Assembly: GCA_030704615.1 (NCBI GenBank)
Contig: CM060733.1
Location: forward strand, 41,912,001 to 41,976,000
From: Takakia lepidozioides
Lineage: Eukaryota > Plantae > Bryophyta
Length of the DNA stretch: 64,000 bases
Direction: 5' to 3'
Below, piece after piece: positions 9,334-20,700 of the stretch (within the stretch, counting starts at the first letter, position 1; every line of letters begins with the position of its first letter). Under the pieces are notes generated by a model. That model was given only the letters and a program-made list of their open reading frames with translations. It made no database searches and had not been told where the DNA came from. The position numbers and the translations under genes are program-made.

Positions 9334-11651
9334 AAAGAAGGGGCGTGAATCCCCTTCTGTGCAAGTCTAGTTGTGCTCTTCCCTAGGTCAATCGGAGGGA
9401 AGGAAAGGAGCTCTCCCTCTCAGCTGATCCAACCATCGTCACTCGGTGTGGGTTTCCATCAGGTCCTTCGTGATCAGAGTTCGCACAATCCTCATCCACG
9501 CCGCAGCGGAAGAGAAGACATGGATGGGGAGTCTGTATTGTTTTCACCCGTGGTTCTACTTCTACACGACATCCTTTCCCTGATACACTGCACCAGCCAT
9601 GTTACCATGCGGTCTTCAGTGATGCAACCAGCCCTACGTCAGTGATGACCACTGCCCTTGTGGGCAGCTCTCTTGGTCAACAATACGTGGAATCCCCTTT
9701 GTAACAAGATCACGATTTGGAAGGCGGCAACGCAGATCTGCCATGAGTTTGCAGGCCCACCAGTTTGGCCCTTCATGGTTTCATGCTTTCTTTATCTTAC
9801 CTCCCCAATCATCCATTCCTCATCATAACCTCTTGCTGGTCAACTCTCTCCCTTGTGTCCTTTTCTCTCTCCCTCTCTCTTTCTTTCAGGATAAGTGGGT
9901 CCTCACTCTTTCCACTGTAACATGCCTATGATGCAATGCAATGCGCATTCAGCCAAGCATCCAGTGCACCCAGCATTGAAATCAACCTTGGTCACACAAG
10001 ATATAATCAACCCTTTTATCAGTCCCTCTCTTGCCAATGACAGATGCTTCACACTCCACTTTTCCCAGGTATAACCATTGCCCAAGACAGCTCTCAACCC
10101 TTCTACAGGTCTCAATTTACACACCCTGACAGCTCTCTTTTTCCCATCAGCTGTGAACCTCAGTGGTTCATGGGCTGAGAGCACTCTGAGAATCAGATCC
10201 AAACCCAAACAGATGCTGGTTTTTCTGCCCCATCCACATCATCCCTTCTTGTTGTTTCCAAACAGTTCTATCTAACCCTCTCTGGTTTCCTCTACCTACT
10301 AAGCTAGTTCCACATTGGCTGCAATGTGTCAACATCCCAGGCTAGATTGTTTGTACAAGCTCATGACGTTGAAACAAGGAACAAGAATACAACAACAGTA
10401 ACCATTCTGTCCCAGCAACGAGTCTACCCTGTTTCCATTCATTTTCCTACTGTACAATGTAATAGCAGGTGCATCCATCTCCAGCCCATCCTGATTTGAA
10501 GTCCAGTGTCTTCATTCCATTTACAAAGCTCTTTTTCTTCCTCACATGTCAGTGTCTCTTACTACATACAAGAGACAGTTCAAACTTCACAAAGCGATTT
10601 CTAAGCAACCAAAAACCCAAAAAAGGGGGGCCAACACTCCTCAAACTTATCTGTCTTATACTCCTTGAAGTGGTGGGTCTGCCTGTCAAGAAGGCACCTT
10701 ATCCTCTCCCTCGTCAGCCATCTCCGACGTTTCTTCTTATCGTGATTCCAGTCCTCATTAAGGCATGACGGCTCTGCTTCAGCTGCTGGCACATCCTTGT
10801 GCCTGCCAACCTCTACCCTATCCTTCTACATGTGCATTTCCTCCCTATGAGGTGATCTGGTCCTACAGCCCTTAAGACAGAGAGCAGATACATAACTTAT
10901 TTATAGATAGCTTAAGCGCCATACACACCAGAAGGCGGCACCGCTTCCTCTTGCACAGAAAGCCAAGCCAGATCCCTCAACGTCACTCTTTAAGGCAAGC
11001 TGATTCCCTTACAAAGTGATCTGGTCCTACAGCTCAAAAACAGACAGCAGCTACAAGATTTGATCACTGACAACCTGAGGCGATAATACACACCAGCCTG
11101 CATTTCTCATCCCCCAACACCTGCTGAGCCACTCCATCTCCTCATTAATGTGCTCACAAATACCATGGCGACAGCAGTGGTGCACCGCCCTTATCACAAA
11201 CCCGATCCCTCAGGTTTGATCATTGCTTACGAAGAAGGCGGCACCGCTTCTTCTTGCACAGAAAGCCAAGCAGGAGCTCTTAACATTTCTCTTAAAAGCA
11301 AGCTGATACCCTTTGCGTAGGTGGAACCTTCTCAGATATCCTGTGCTGTCAACACCACTGCAGCAGCTGCGAAAAGATCCACGCACTCTTCCCCTTCGAA
11401 TTTCACATCCCGCTTCTAGGGTTCAACATCATGGATGAAAATCATTCATCCTAGGGATGAAAAAGGTGCATGTCATAACTTAGCCATATTTTGTTCTTGG
11501 CAGATAAATAGCATAGTCCTTCCATGGAATTACCTCAAGTTATGGTCAATTCCTCCCCTTCATTAGCACGAAGGGTACTCCCTTCGTAGTAGTGCCGAAA
11601 CCTGATGCCAAACACAAACTTGAGATTTTTACTCCCTGCATTCACACTACA
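9333..11651 (-). repeat. 5' LTR of element A (lacks the terminal CACACTACA at its PBS-side end)
   Basis: Direct repeat of 418-2736. Confidence 0.95.
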
Positions 11652-14188
11652 CTTCCAATTCTCAATTGGATTACTGGCATAGAATCATCAAAGTCCATGA
11701 TTGGTTCTCGCCCTTCCGGCTTCACATTATAACTGGTCACCTTGCTGTTCAGGTCTGTGTTTCCTGTCTCTTGGGCAATTCGATTGATTGCTTGATACAG
11801 CCTGTGCCTACAATAAGGTGCCACAGCTAATAGCTGTCCAATGGTAATTTCTGCTTTGGTCTGACATATTACTGCAGCCAAAGTCTCTTCATTACTTTGC
11901 ATGTCTGCATCTTTTTTTTTCCTTTCTTCCTCACTCCCTTCTTTTTCTCCATCCGAATCAGAGGAATCTGCCACAGGAATATCAGTACTCTTTTGCATTT
12001 CCCTTATAGTATCTGCCACTTCCTTGTGCAGTTCCTTCTCATCTTTCCAAGTCTTTTCATCTTTAGGCATATCATTGCCACTTCCAGTCTCATCTTCTTC
12101 CTCTTCTACTGGAGGTATTAGTTTGGCTTTACTTCTTGTTACTATCATTGTACTTACTTCTGGTACAACACATGGCCTAACCATGTGAGCTGCCACCACT
12201 GGGCCCTCATTCACAGGAGCTCTCATCTCATTCTGGTGTCTTATCCAGAATGAACAGGCTGCCTTGCGATGTCCTGGCTGATTACAATAGTAACATAGCT
12301 CTTCACCATTGGGTCCTCGCCCTTGGTCTGTTCTTGGATTATTTCTATAATCCTGATTCCCGGGCTGGTAATTCCCCTTGGATTACCCTGATAGTTGCCT
12401 CTGGAATTTCCTTGGTAATTCCCTCTTGAATTACCTCTCCCTTCCATGCCATTGTTATAACCACCAGACCTACCATAGTGGTCCTGATCATTGTTTCTTC
12501 TTGGCTGGGGCTGCACCTGATGCACCCTTACTTGCCTAGGTTCTCTTGCAGCTGTCCTTCTGTTGTAGTAACAATTCTCAGTAGAATGGTTATCCATTTT
12601 ACAGATAGTACAGTGTTTCTCCTTCATGTGGCATTCTGTGGTGGTATGGCCTTCATTCTGGCACTTTGCACACCATACACCCTTCCTCCAATGTGTTGCA
12701 GCCTCTGTGGCATACTTCTTCAAGATTTCTTCCAATTTTTTTTCATAGTTATCCCTCTTCAACTTCTCCTTTCTCTTACTCTTTCTTTTTAGTTCTTGCT
12801 CTTCTTCTTCATCTGACTCATCCTCAGAGTCCTCATCTTCTTTTTTCTCTCTCCTGAGCATTCCCAATTGCTCAATTCTGTTCGCAGTTTCAAATGCCTC
12901 CTCCACTGTGTTATGGGGTAACATATCCACTTTCTTTTGCAGCTCTGGTCTTAATCCACTCACAAACCAAGTCTTCTGTAAACCGGGCGCTGGTACTGCA
13001 GCCAGCTTTTTCATCATCAATTCCATCTTCTCCATATACTCTTCAACAGTTTCATGCTTCTTCTGCTTCAGCTGTTGTAAACTTCCATACACTTCATCCT
13101 CAGTTTTACTTGTCCTGAACCTATTTCGAAATGCTGTATTCAAGCCATTCCAAGTTAGGAAATGATTATCAGGGAATCTTGCATACCATTCACTTGCTTT
13201 CTTGATAAGTGAACAAGGAAACAGTCTCATCTTGGCATCATCGCCATTCTCATTGTTCACTATACACATATGCTCAAATTGGCTAATGTGTACATCGGGA
13301 TCCCCTTTTCCTGAATATATTGGAAAGGGTGGTTTTGCCCGTGTTGGTTGTAACGCCATCTGTGGCCCTACCTTCTGCCCACTGACAGGTGCTGGCACCC
13401 TTGCTGGTGCTGGTCCTTCTGGACCTGTTGTTTTTGTGTGGATCTTCCACCAAGTGGTGGCCCTTGAGCACTCCTTGCTTCTAGCCCCACGATATTCACA
13501 GTATTCCCAGCTTCAGTTGCACTACTTCCCACACTCCCTGTCCCCCCAGAGCCAGATCCAGGCAGCCCGCCTGATCCCCCTGAGCCGACACCTTCGTTGG
13601 CCTGTGATCCAAGTGCTCCACTTGATCCAGGTCCAACGGGTTGGGATGTCCTGGTTGTAGTCTCAACCTCAGCTGTTGGGTCTACTTCTTCATATTCTTC
13701 CTCTTCTAATTTCTTCTCTCTGTTTTCATCCTCCAAGTTCTGCCCTTGGGTTTCTTCTTCACTCATGTAACTCAACTGTAATGGTGTTGGAGAGTCTGAA
13801 CTCTCCGTTGGCTCTGCCACATCCTCTTCTCCTTCTTCACCTTCTGCTTCAGAAACTGGAGTTCCTGCTTTTGGTGTTCCATGCCAACTCTTATCAAAGA
13901 TTTCTGTCAAGTCTTTTATCCAAGGATGTACCTCAGATCTTTCACCTCGTGATTGATCTTCTTCCTGTACCAATTCCCTTAATCTTTCTTGCAAAGAAAC
14001 AGAAGGAGTGGCATCCAACTCTAGTTCTTCCGGTATAGGTGATGCACTCTTTGATCTTGATGGTGTGAGAGGTCCAGATGATTCCCCTATGTCTATTCCT
14101 CTCTCCCAAAGATATGGATAATTAGCTTTCAGATAGCTTTCTCTTTTGCTGAATATCTCTGTCGTCTAGCTTCTCTTTCATCACTCAT
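11652..14188 (-). pseudogene. Family B gag (frameshifted): capsid-like domain and three CCHC knuckles
   Basis: ORF pieces 13368-14018, 12241-13398 and 11642-12226; YSGKGDPDVHI..F, CAKCQNEGHTTTEC, CTICKMDNHSTENC; collinear with 61387-63910. Confidence 0.9.
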
Positions 14189-14209
14189 GTCCCATGTCTT
14201 TCATTTCTT

Positions 14210-14905
14210 TTAATGTGGCAATAACCAAAACTCTCTTCTGTAATATCTCTCGTATATGCCTGGGTTTCTTTCAAGCTTCAATGCACCCTTGGCTATACTT
14301 GAAGTCTCCGTTACCATATAACCATATGGCAAACAAGTCTGAAAAGCTGTTCTTGGTGTGAGTTTGATCCACAAAATATCCTTTGGAATCCAATTCTTTA
14401 CCAGTACAAGCTCTTCATGCATATGAGTATAAACATTCACCTTTCTTTCTTCCCAGCCTTCAAACTCTACTCGTTTAATGGATAGCAATGCTATCACATA
14501 AACCAATGTTGGTAACCAACGTGCTCTTCCTCTACAGGCTACCTGATAAATCTTTATCACTCCTTTCTCCAGACCCCATTCTGGATTAGCATCATGCACT
14601 CGTTTAAGAATATTTTCTTTACAACCGTCTGGCAATTCCAAGAACCTTTGAAAGAATTGTTTGGACAATCTTTCTTCCTTCGTTCCACAGGGAATTTGAT
14701 TCACTTCAAATTCTTTAATGGTCCAACCACCATGATCCCACCAGATGCCTGTCACATCTGATTGTTCATGTCCCAGGTCCCCAGTATGGTCGCCAAATGT
14801 CGCGCGGCTTTTACTCACCCATCCCTTCGCTATCCGAGGCGGAAACTCCAAGATAGAAGAGTTGGAAATCTCTAAGTACTCAGCCCGCGCAGAACAATCA
14901 GTCAT
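14210..14905 (-). CDS. Extra ORF upstream of gag in family B (true start uncertain, probably downstream of the PBS at about 14770)
   Basis: About 185 open codons between PBS and gag; its 3' end is conserved at 63933-64000. Confidence 0.55.
   Translation of the reverse strand: MTDCSARAEYLEISNSSILEFPPRIAKGWVSKSRATFGDHTGDLGHEQSDVTGIWWDHGGWTIKEFEVNQIPCGTKEERLSKQFFQRFLELPDGCKENILKRVHDANPEWGLEKGVIKIYQVACRGRARWLPTLVYVIALLSIKRVEFEGWEERKVNVYTHMHEELVLVKNWIPKDILWIKLTPRTAFQTCLPYGYMVTETSSIAKGALKLERNPGIYERYYRREFWLLPH
14778..14795 (-). other. Primer binding site, probably tRNA-Arg (TGGCGACCATACTGGGGA)
   Basis: TGG start 2 nt from the LTR end; resembles the Arg-type PBS of Tat/Ogre-like elements. Confidence 0.75.
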
Positions 14906-15826
14906 GACCTACAGCTAGTGTATCATGGGGGTGTTTCCTATTTGTTTCCCTTTCCGCATTCATCTTAGCTACCTTACCATTGATAATTCAGTATCAGTTT
15001 GCTTCATCAATCTATCGGTTTCCTTCACTCATCCATTCAATCCACAGCTTCACTCAGATCTCTCTACACAATGTGATTGTATCGTATAAGTATCAGATTA
15101 TGATTTATCAGGTATCAGGCCGAAGCCATTGTGTCTCTAATCTGCTCTACAATATCACTACAGCTTTGCATATAACAAGCATCTACTAATCCTCTTTCCT
15201 CCTTCACCGTGCTCTCCATCTTTGCTTCCGATCTCCGCTCCAGCTTGACTAAGAAGTCCTCCTCCGAATAATGATCAAAATCCCCCCCTTCATTCCCCGT
15301 TTTCCCTTTATCTTCCTATCCGCAGTTCTAACCGTTTCCCTCACTAACCGTCGTCTGTGAACTAACATGTTCCCTTCGCAGGTGTTGTTCCCCACAGTCA
15401 TTCCCTGTCCTACTCTTCGTTCCCTATGATCGTGACAGCTGTGTCAAGCTGTGACTGGCTGTGTGAAACTGTGACGGGCTGTGACTGGCTGTACGACTGT
15501 GTTTGGCTGTGTCGGGCTGTGACTGGCTGTGTGGCTGTGCCGGGCTGTGTCGGCTGTGTCGGCTGTGTGGCTGTGCCGGGCTGTATCGGCTGTGTCGGCT
15601 GTGTCGACTGTGTCGGCTGTGTTGGCTGTGTCGGCTGTGACGACTGTGACGGGCTGTGTTGGCTGTGTGGGCTGTGACGGCTGTGTGGGCTGTGACGACT
15701 GTGTAACCCCCCTCTACAGTGCGCTGCTGTCACCCCTAAGGCTCCTGTTGGTCTCAGTCTGTGCAAAATTTAAGGGTACCCTACAGATCCCGTATAAGTG
15801 TCTAAGTCCCCTACAGTCCTCTAACA
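14798..15826 (-). repeat. Family B 5' LTR (~1.03 kb) with an internal GGCTGTG(T/A)C repeat tract at ~15436-15705
   Basis: tgtcgcgcgg...ctctaaca; homologous to 23189-24199, 24764-25776 and 55264-56227. Confidence 0.93.
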
Positions 15827-16207
15827 GTCCTCGACATCACTGCAAATACAGGTGAGAACGTTAATTGAATGCGGCACCAAAATTGACACCATTTCCGTTT
15901 GTGTATGTTGCTTGTGCGAGGAAGCGACTCATTCTTGAGTTTGGTTGTGGTTGTGTCGTATGAATTTGCAGGTGCCTGTATGTGGGCGGGAAGGATGTCA
16001 AACCGATTTGTGTTCTCATTTGAGGGGGATACGGCCTTGTACGATTACAATTTGGCGGGCCTTCAACGTTTGCCTCCGACTGAGGATCCCAAAAATGCAG
16101 AAGATGACGTGGAAGGGGAGGAGGAAGATGAAGAGGAGGAAGTCCAGGAAATTCGTTCGATGCAGGGGCGCCCGAAGCCGCTTCCCCCAATGCCTGTCTT
16201 TGAGTGA
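15827..16207 (+). pseudogene. 3' remnant (last exons) of a DNA amino-methyltransferase-like gene, cut by the family B insertion
   Basis: Exon 15827-15851 VLDITANT-G, intron 15852-15971 (GT..AG), then ACMWAGRMSNRFVFSFEGDTALY. Aligns with VLDLSMGT-G / ASYHACKASARHLFGIEGDAEIY at 53802-54012 with the same phase-1 intron position. Confidence 0.75.
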
Positions 16208-16248
16208 GTTGCACCATAGTAAGTGTATTGGTTTCGGTTGTAGGGACC

Positions 16249-16820
16249 ATGCAACCTGCCGATGATTCCCTGTTTGAATTCTCTAATGTACTTCATTCTA
16301 TGTTTGTGCGTACACTCAGCCTTGCAGAGTCGTCCGACGAGGAGAAGCTGGGAGACTTGCCCGAATCGGACCCTGTTGCAGAGGAGGAGACAGAATCGCA
16401 TCGGCCATTCTTTGCCAGAAAATCGTTTCTCGCGAGTCCCCAGAAGCCTTTTTTCTACCAGCCTATGCAGACACGGCTGCCAAAGAAGCCATCAGGAGGG
16501 AGGATAGGCCTACTCGGTTAGAGCAATTGACATACGGGAATGAGCAGAGAATTATAATGAGGCGTGAGGCCAAACATAGAATTGTGAAAGGCAGAGTAGG
16601 GAAGTTCGTAATAGAATCCGCGTCCGAGAGCGAGGGGAATGTTGAGGACACTTCCGCACCCAGGTGGACAGTTCCGGCTGGTGTGGATGGTATTTTTGAG
16701 GGGAGGGCTTCTCAGAGTAACAGCGGTAGCGACAGTGCAGGTTCGGAGGCAGGTGGAAGGCAGCCATCCTTGCATGAGGCCGGGGATGCATCGGACAGTG
16801 ATAGCGGATCCTCACCATAG
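16249..16820 (+). pseudogene. Acidic/Ser-rich coding-like segment, frameshifted; possible further exon or small cargo gene
   Basis: Two adjacent ORFs (16204-16521, 16527-16820) with protein-like composition; no domain recognised. Confidence 0.3.
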
Positions 16821-17067
16821 CAAAGTCTCATTTGGATCCTTTTGTTGTACAGTTCTGAAACACTTAATGAAAATATTGACGATTTGAAAAATCATTGTGT
16901 TCAGACTGCTTGTCCGATTCCCTACATTTCTTCCGCCAACCAAAATGTATAATAAAAGCAGAAGAGACGCAAACTTCAGTGAAGAACCCTACAAGTAATT
17001 TATGCACACCATCGAGCCGAGAACTTGAAGCCATGAAAACCCTGCTGTTTCTAACATTCCTATTGGG

Positions 17068-17346
17068 AAATTTGGCGCCGAAATAGCCCAATGCGCCTTC
17101 GTTATATGGGCCTCAAAAATTCCGCGGATGAATTACTGTACCAAAATATCGCGATGGAAGCCTTCAGCACAAGGCACTTCAGCACATTCCACTTGGGTAT
17201 TTCGGCGCCCAAATAGCCCGTTCTGCGCCATTAAATACCGCACTATATCACATTTTAAGAGGTAATTTCGGTGCCGAAGTACGCCGGTGGATGTCTTCAA
17301 AACACCATTTTAGCACACTGCTCTTGGGAATAACGGCGCCGAAATA
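17068..17346. repeat. Four imperfect copies of the palindrome ATTTCGGCGCCGAAAT (subterminal motifs)
   Basis: Copies at ~17070, ~17199, ~17265 and ~17330, three of them preceded by TTGGG. Confidence 0.65.
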
Positions 17347-17447
17347 CCTCATTCCGCATCCTAGACCAGGAGAAACAGACCCTATTACCGAGGTAAGAGG
17401 ACATAACACCGTCAATAAAGGCAGGAAAATTCCAATTCCGCGGATGT

Positions 17448-17510
17448 CCGCTCATGAGCTCATAGGCTCATGGGCTCATGGGCTCATGCGCTCATGAAAT
17501 AGTAAACCTC
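17448..17510 (+). repeat. Putative DNA transposon terminus 1: (GGCTCATG)n then GCTCATGAAATAGTAAACCTC
   Basis: The final 21 bp are identical to 22181-22201 and similarity stops abruptly after CTC. Confidence 0.75.
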
Positions 17511-17756
17511 GGATCCACCCTCAGGAGAAACTGTCAGGAGATGTTATTTCGTCGCCGAATCGGCCATCATTGTCATACTCACTGGCTATGGAATCAAACC
17601 TCCCACCTTCATGCATGTAGCTTGAAACAATACTTTCCACTTCAATGTGCGACTTCCAATCGTCGATGGACTCCGCAGATCCACTTAGATGGTGCCTGTG
17701 AGCCTTGGTCTGTCGCTATACTGAACCTCGCACTTGCCAACTCCGTGCGGTGTTCG

Positions 17757-20700
17757 ATGGCTCCGAATTCCTACGCTATAGTTTGCTGTCCTCCGCAACT
17801 TGGGAGAGCCTGGATCCCAAACGAGGGAGGACTTTGCAGAGTGACTGAAACTTACCTTTGTTCCAAATTCAAGCTCAAACCGGGCACAGTTTATTTGGAA
17901 GAAGAAAGGAAGAATGTTCCTGGACAGGTTGACGAGACCATTGTCGTGCTAGGTAACGACGGAGGTTGCGGAATCGAATGGCACGTTCCCCCGTCAGACA
18001 CCATCCTGTACCGAGCTGTGGGAATGCCCATTCCCTTTCCGAATCAGTCGCTGCCCACACCATCCACAAAGGAGTCCGGAAACCGAGAGGCGGCCACTGC
18101 CAACAGAGAGGTATGCAACGATAATCATTCCCGACCTGGACCGTCAAGACCCTCCATAGCTTCTCGTGTGGACGTATTCGACATTTCCGACGAGGAAGAT
18201 GATTGCATTGAGGTACCCATGTCCTCCACACGGTCGTTCAAATCCGGCATGGATGTCTCTGTAGGTGCAACGCATGTGCCCTCGAGCATAACTCCAACCC
18301 GGTCCATTGTGCAGCTCCTACGACAACATCACCTCGATGGTTCTCGCTCCGAGCTGGCTGCTCTCGACTATGCCAAATCCCTAGTCAAAAAGGTAACTTT
18401 TCTGCCTCTCAAAGTCGATGGCAATGTCATCTTCGAGTTTCCACCTGTTTCTTCGTCAAACAAAGCCTCCGGGATGTTAACAGACATGGATCGAAAGCAT
18501 GACGGGCACCCCTGGTGTGTGACGAAGACCAGTAGCACGAAAATTGCTGATGGTGTTCGTGTACAATATGTCCTCTGTGCGGGGAAGCTGAGGTGCCTCA
18601 ATCCCACCTGCTTCCACTTTCTCTCCAAAGGAGGGCGGAGAAACGAGACGGATTGGACTGGCACAACGCATCATCCATTCATTGTCTCCAGCCAAGCTCC
18701 TGCGGGTTCTTTCAAGTGTGCACATTGCAAAGAACCACCGACGTGCATGTCCATGTGCAGAGCCAAGCAATATTACGTAATCCATTTGCTCCCGGACTTG
18801 ACTAGAGCTTGCATACACGTTGGGGTCCATTGCCACCCCTTGGCGAGAGGCAACATGCGTGAGGCTGTGCAGGAAGCACACGACATCATAAAAGAGGAGG
18901 TGAAATTGAGCCCCGGAGCCAGACCAAAGCAGATTCAGCTGAAGGCAGCCCACAAGATTGCTCTTGGCAAAATCATGTCTGAAGATGGTTCCGACCGAGA
19001 GCCCTTGACCGAAGACGAGATGCGTGACCTCTTGGAGTCCGTCTCGCACGTTTGTAGTCCGAATGTGCGGAATCACATCGTATCTTGCAAGCAGGAGTTC
19101 GGCAGGGGGTCGGACATGTACTCAATCCTGGAGGTGAAACGAATGACTGGATATGACTACATCCAAGGTAGCAGGTTTCCAGGGCAAGGTAGCGAATCCG
19201 ATCGTTGTTACATTTTCAAAATGTCGACGTGTGGGCCTGGGAGTGGAGTCGACTTGGTCACTCGCATGACAACTGGAAACTTGTCGAATGCTTGGGTGAT
19301 GTTTGATCACATCAAGCGAATTACAAACCATCAGTGGGTGACTATGGGTGCGCATGTTTATGACTATCACTCCAAGAGGCTCATGACGATTGCAATCTGC
19401 GAGATGAAAGGGGAGGACACACAGTCCGAGATGCATCTGTGGGAGGGCATAAACGAGCAGATGGCAAGGGCGGGATTGCCAGAGCCCAATTTCAGGGGAT
19501 TCATGGCAGACAACGCTCAGGCCAACTGGGCAGCGGTGCGGCGTGTGTACGGTGAGGACCCCAATGTTCCAATGGAGGGGAAAGAGAGATCCTGTGGATT
19601 CCATTGGATGCAGAGTCTATCCCACTACACTACCAAATTTGTTGCTAGCTCATTCCAGGCTGAACACCGTGTCCTTTGTACGGCGTGGAAGGATGCACCC
19701 ACATTTGATGACGCGGAGGTTAAGTTTGCTATCATCGAGGCTTGGTGGAACACGTCAGGTGCAGTGGAGACAACCAATCTGGGAGCATTGCACAGCTGGT
19801 TGGGGTGGTGGCATTTTCGGTATCGACAGTTCGGACAGTACATGCGAGAGGTAGGCTGCTGTCAATTTCGTTCATTTGTCTTTCTGTTATGGACATTTCG
19901 ATTGGTCCCTCACCATTGTTTGTGTCCTTTTAGGAGCGGTGCTTGGATTCCGACACGGACATGCCGAACACGAATATGGCAGAATCGGTCCACTCCTCCT
20001 GGCGAGCGTCTTCTGCCGCACATCTGGTGGACGTAGTGACGGCCACAACGGAGGACATCGATAGAGCAATCATGCAGCAAGCCACGTACTACAAGTTCCT
20101 GAGCGGCAAATAATGGGGCTTTGGGCCGGACAGGGAGGAATGTTGGTACGAACAGCTTCGAGGTCCAAGAATCCAGTGAAATGGGCGACAGCATTGCGAG
20201 AGAAGATCAAAGGGACGCCTCTGCACCGCAGAGGTGAACACCTAGAGGGGGATGTCCGGACTCGCCCTGTCAGGCGGAGGATTGAAGAGGAACCCGGGTG
20301 CAAAGAGGATTCCTAGAGATCCGACAAGAACATTCGGACAGCACCTCGAGGTCCCGTCATGTTGCCGCACAATGTGTCTTCCAGTAGTGGAAGCCCAAGA
20401 AATTCCAGATCGCCGTCGCCTTCAACCGGGAAAAAATTCCCACCGCTCCCTTGCCCCACATTCCGCCCGCTGTTATGCAGTATGGCCAAGCCATTGTGGA
20501 GACGATGTGTCTGCCTCACAGTGGAGAATTGCTCGCACAAAGCCGTCGTTTCGAGGAAGGTGTTCCGCAATTCGTGTGGATACACGGCAACGTTGTTTAG
20601 AGATGATAAGAGGAATCCAGATGGGGCTGTCCCTGCTCCTACTTTTACAGAAGATTTGTCCATGCAAAGTTTGCGGAGGCGACAACCACCCAGTTCTGGT

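Larger units (their letters stand above)
409..11651 (-). mobile_element. Full-length, recently inserted Ty3/Gypsy LTR retrotransposon (element A)
   Basis: Two ~2.3 kb LTRs offset by 8915 bp with only about five differences seen by eye. Termini tgtagtgtgaa...ttcacactaca. 4-bp TSD cttc at 405-408 and 11652-11655; the empty site tgtgcttccaatt is visible at 61379-61391. Single intact gag-pol ORF. Confidence 0.97.
1..15826 (-). mobile_element. Ty3/Gypsy LTR retrotransposon family B, copy 1 (5' half; runs off the window start; interrupted by element A)
   Basis: 5' LTR 14798-15826 (TGT...ACA), PBS next to it, gag at 11652-14188 and protease at 1-408. Sequence is near-identical to the copy at 60979-64000. 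Confidence 0.93.

Noticed and set aside
409-11651. DIRS/Ngaro-type tyrosine-recombinase element (split-repeat-like ends)
   Set aside because: It encodes a DDE integrase and protease, has PBS, PPT and a TSD, and shows no tyrosine recombinase.
15410-15855. Cys/Val- or Gln/Pro/Thr-rich ORFs (also at 23148-23458 and 25334-25832)
   Set aside because: Translations of the GGCTGT repeat tract within LTRs.
17478-17756. N-terminal 93 aa of the 852-aa ORF
   Set aside because: It starts inside the terminal repeat of a different element copy; the plausible start is ATG 17757, and the ORF's last ~60 aa are intron read-through.
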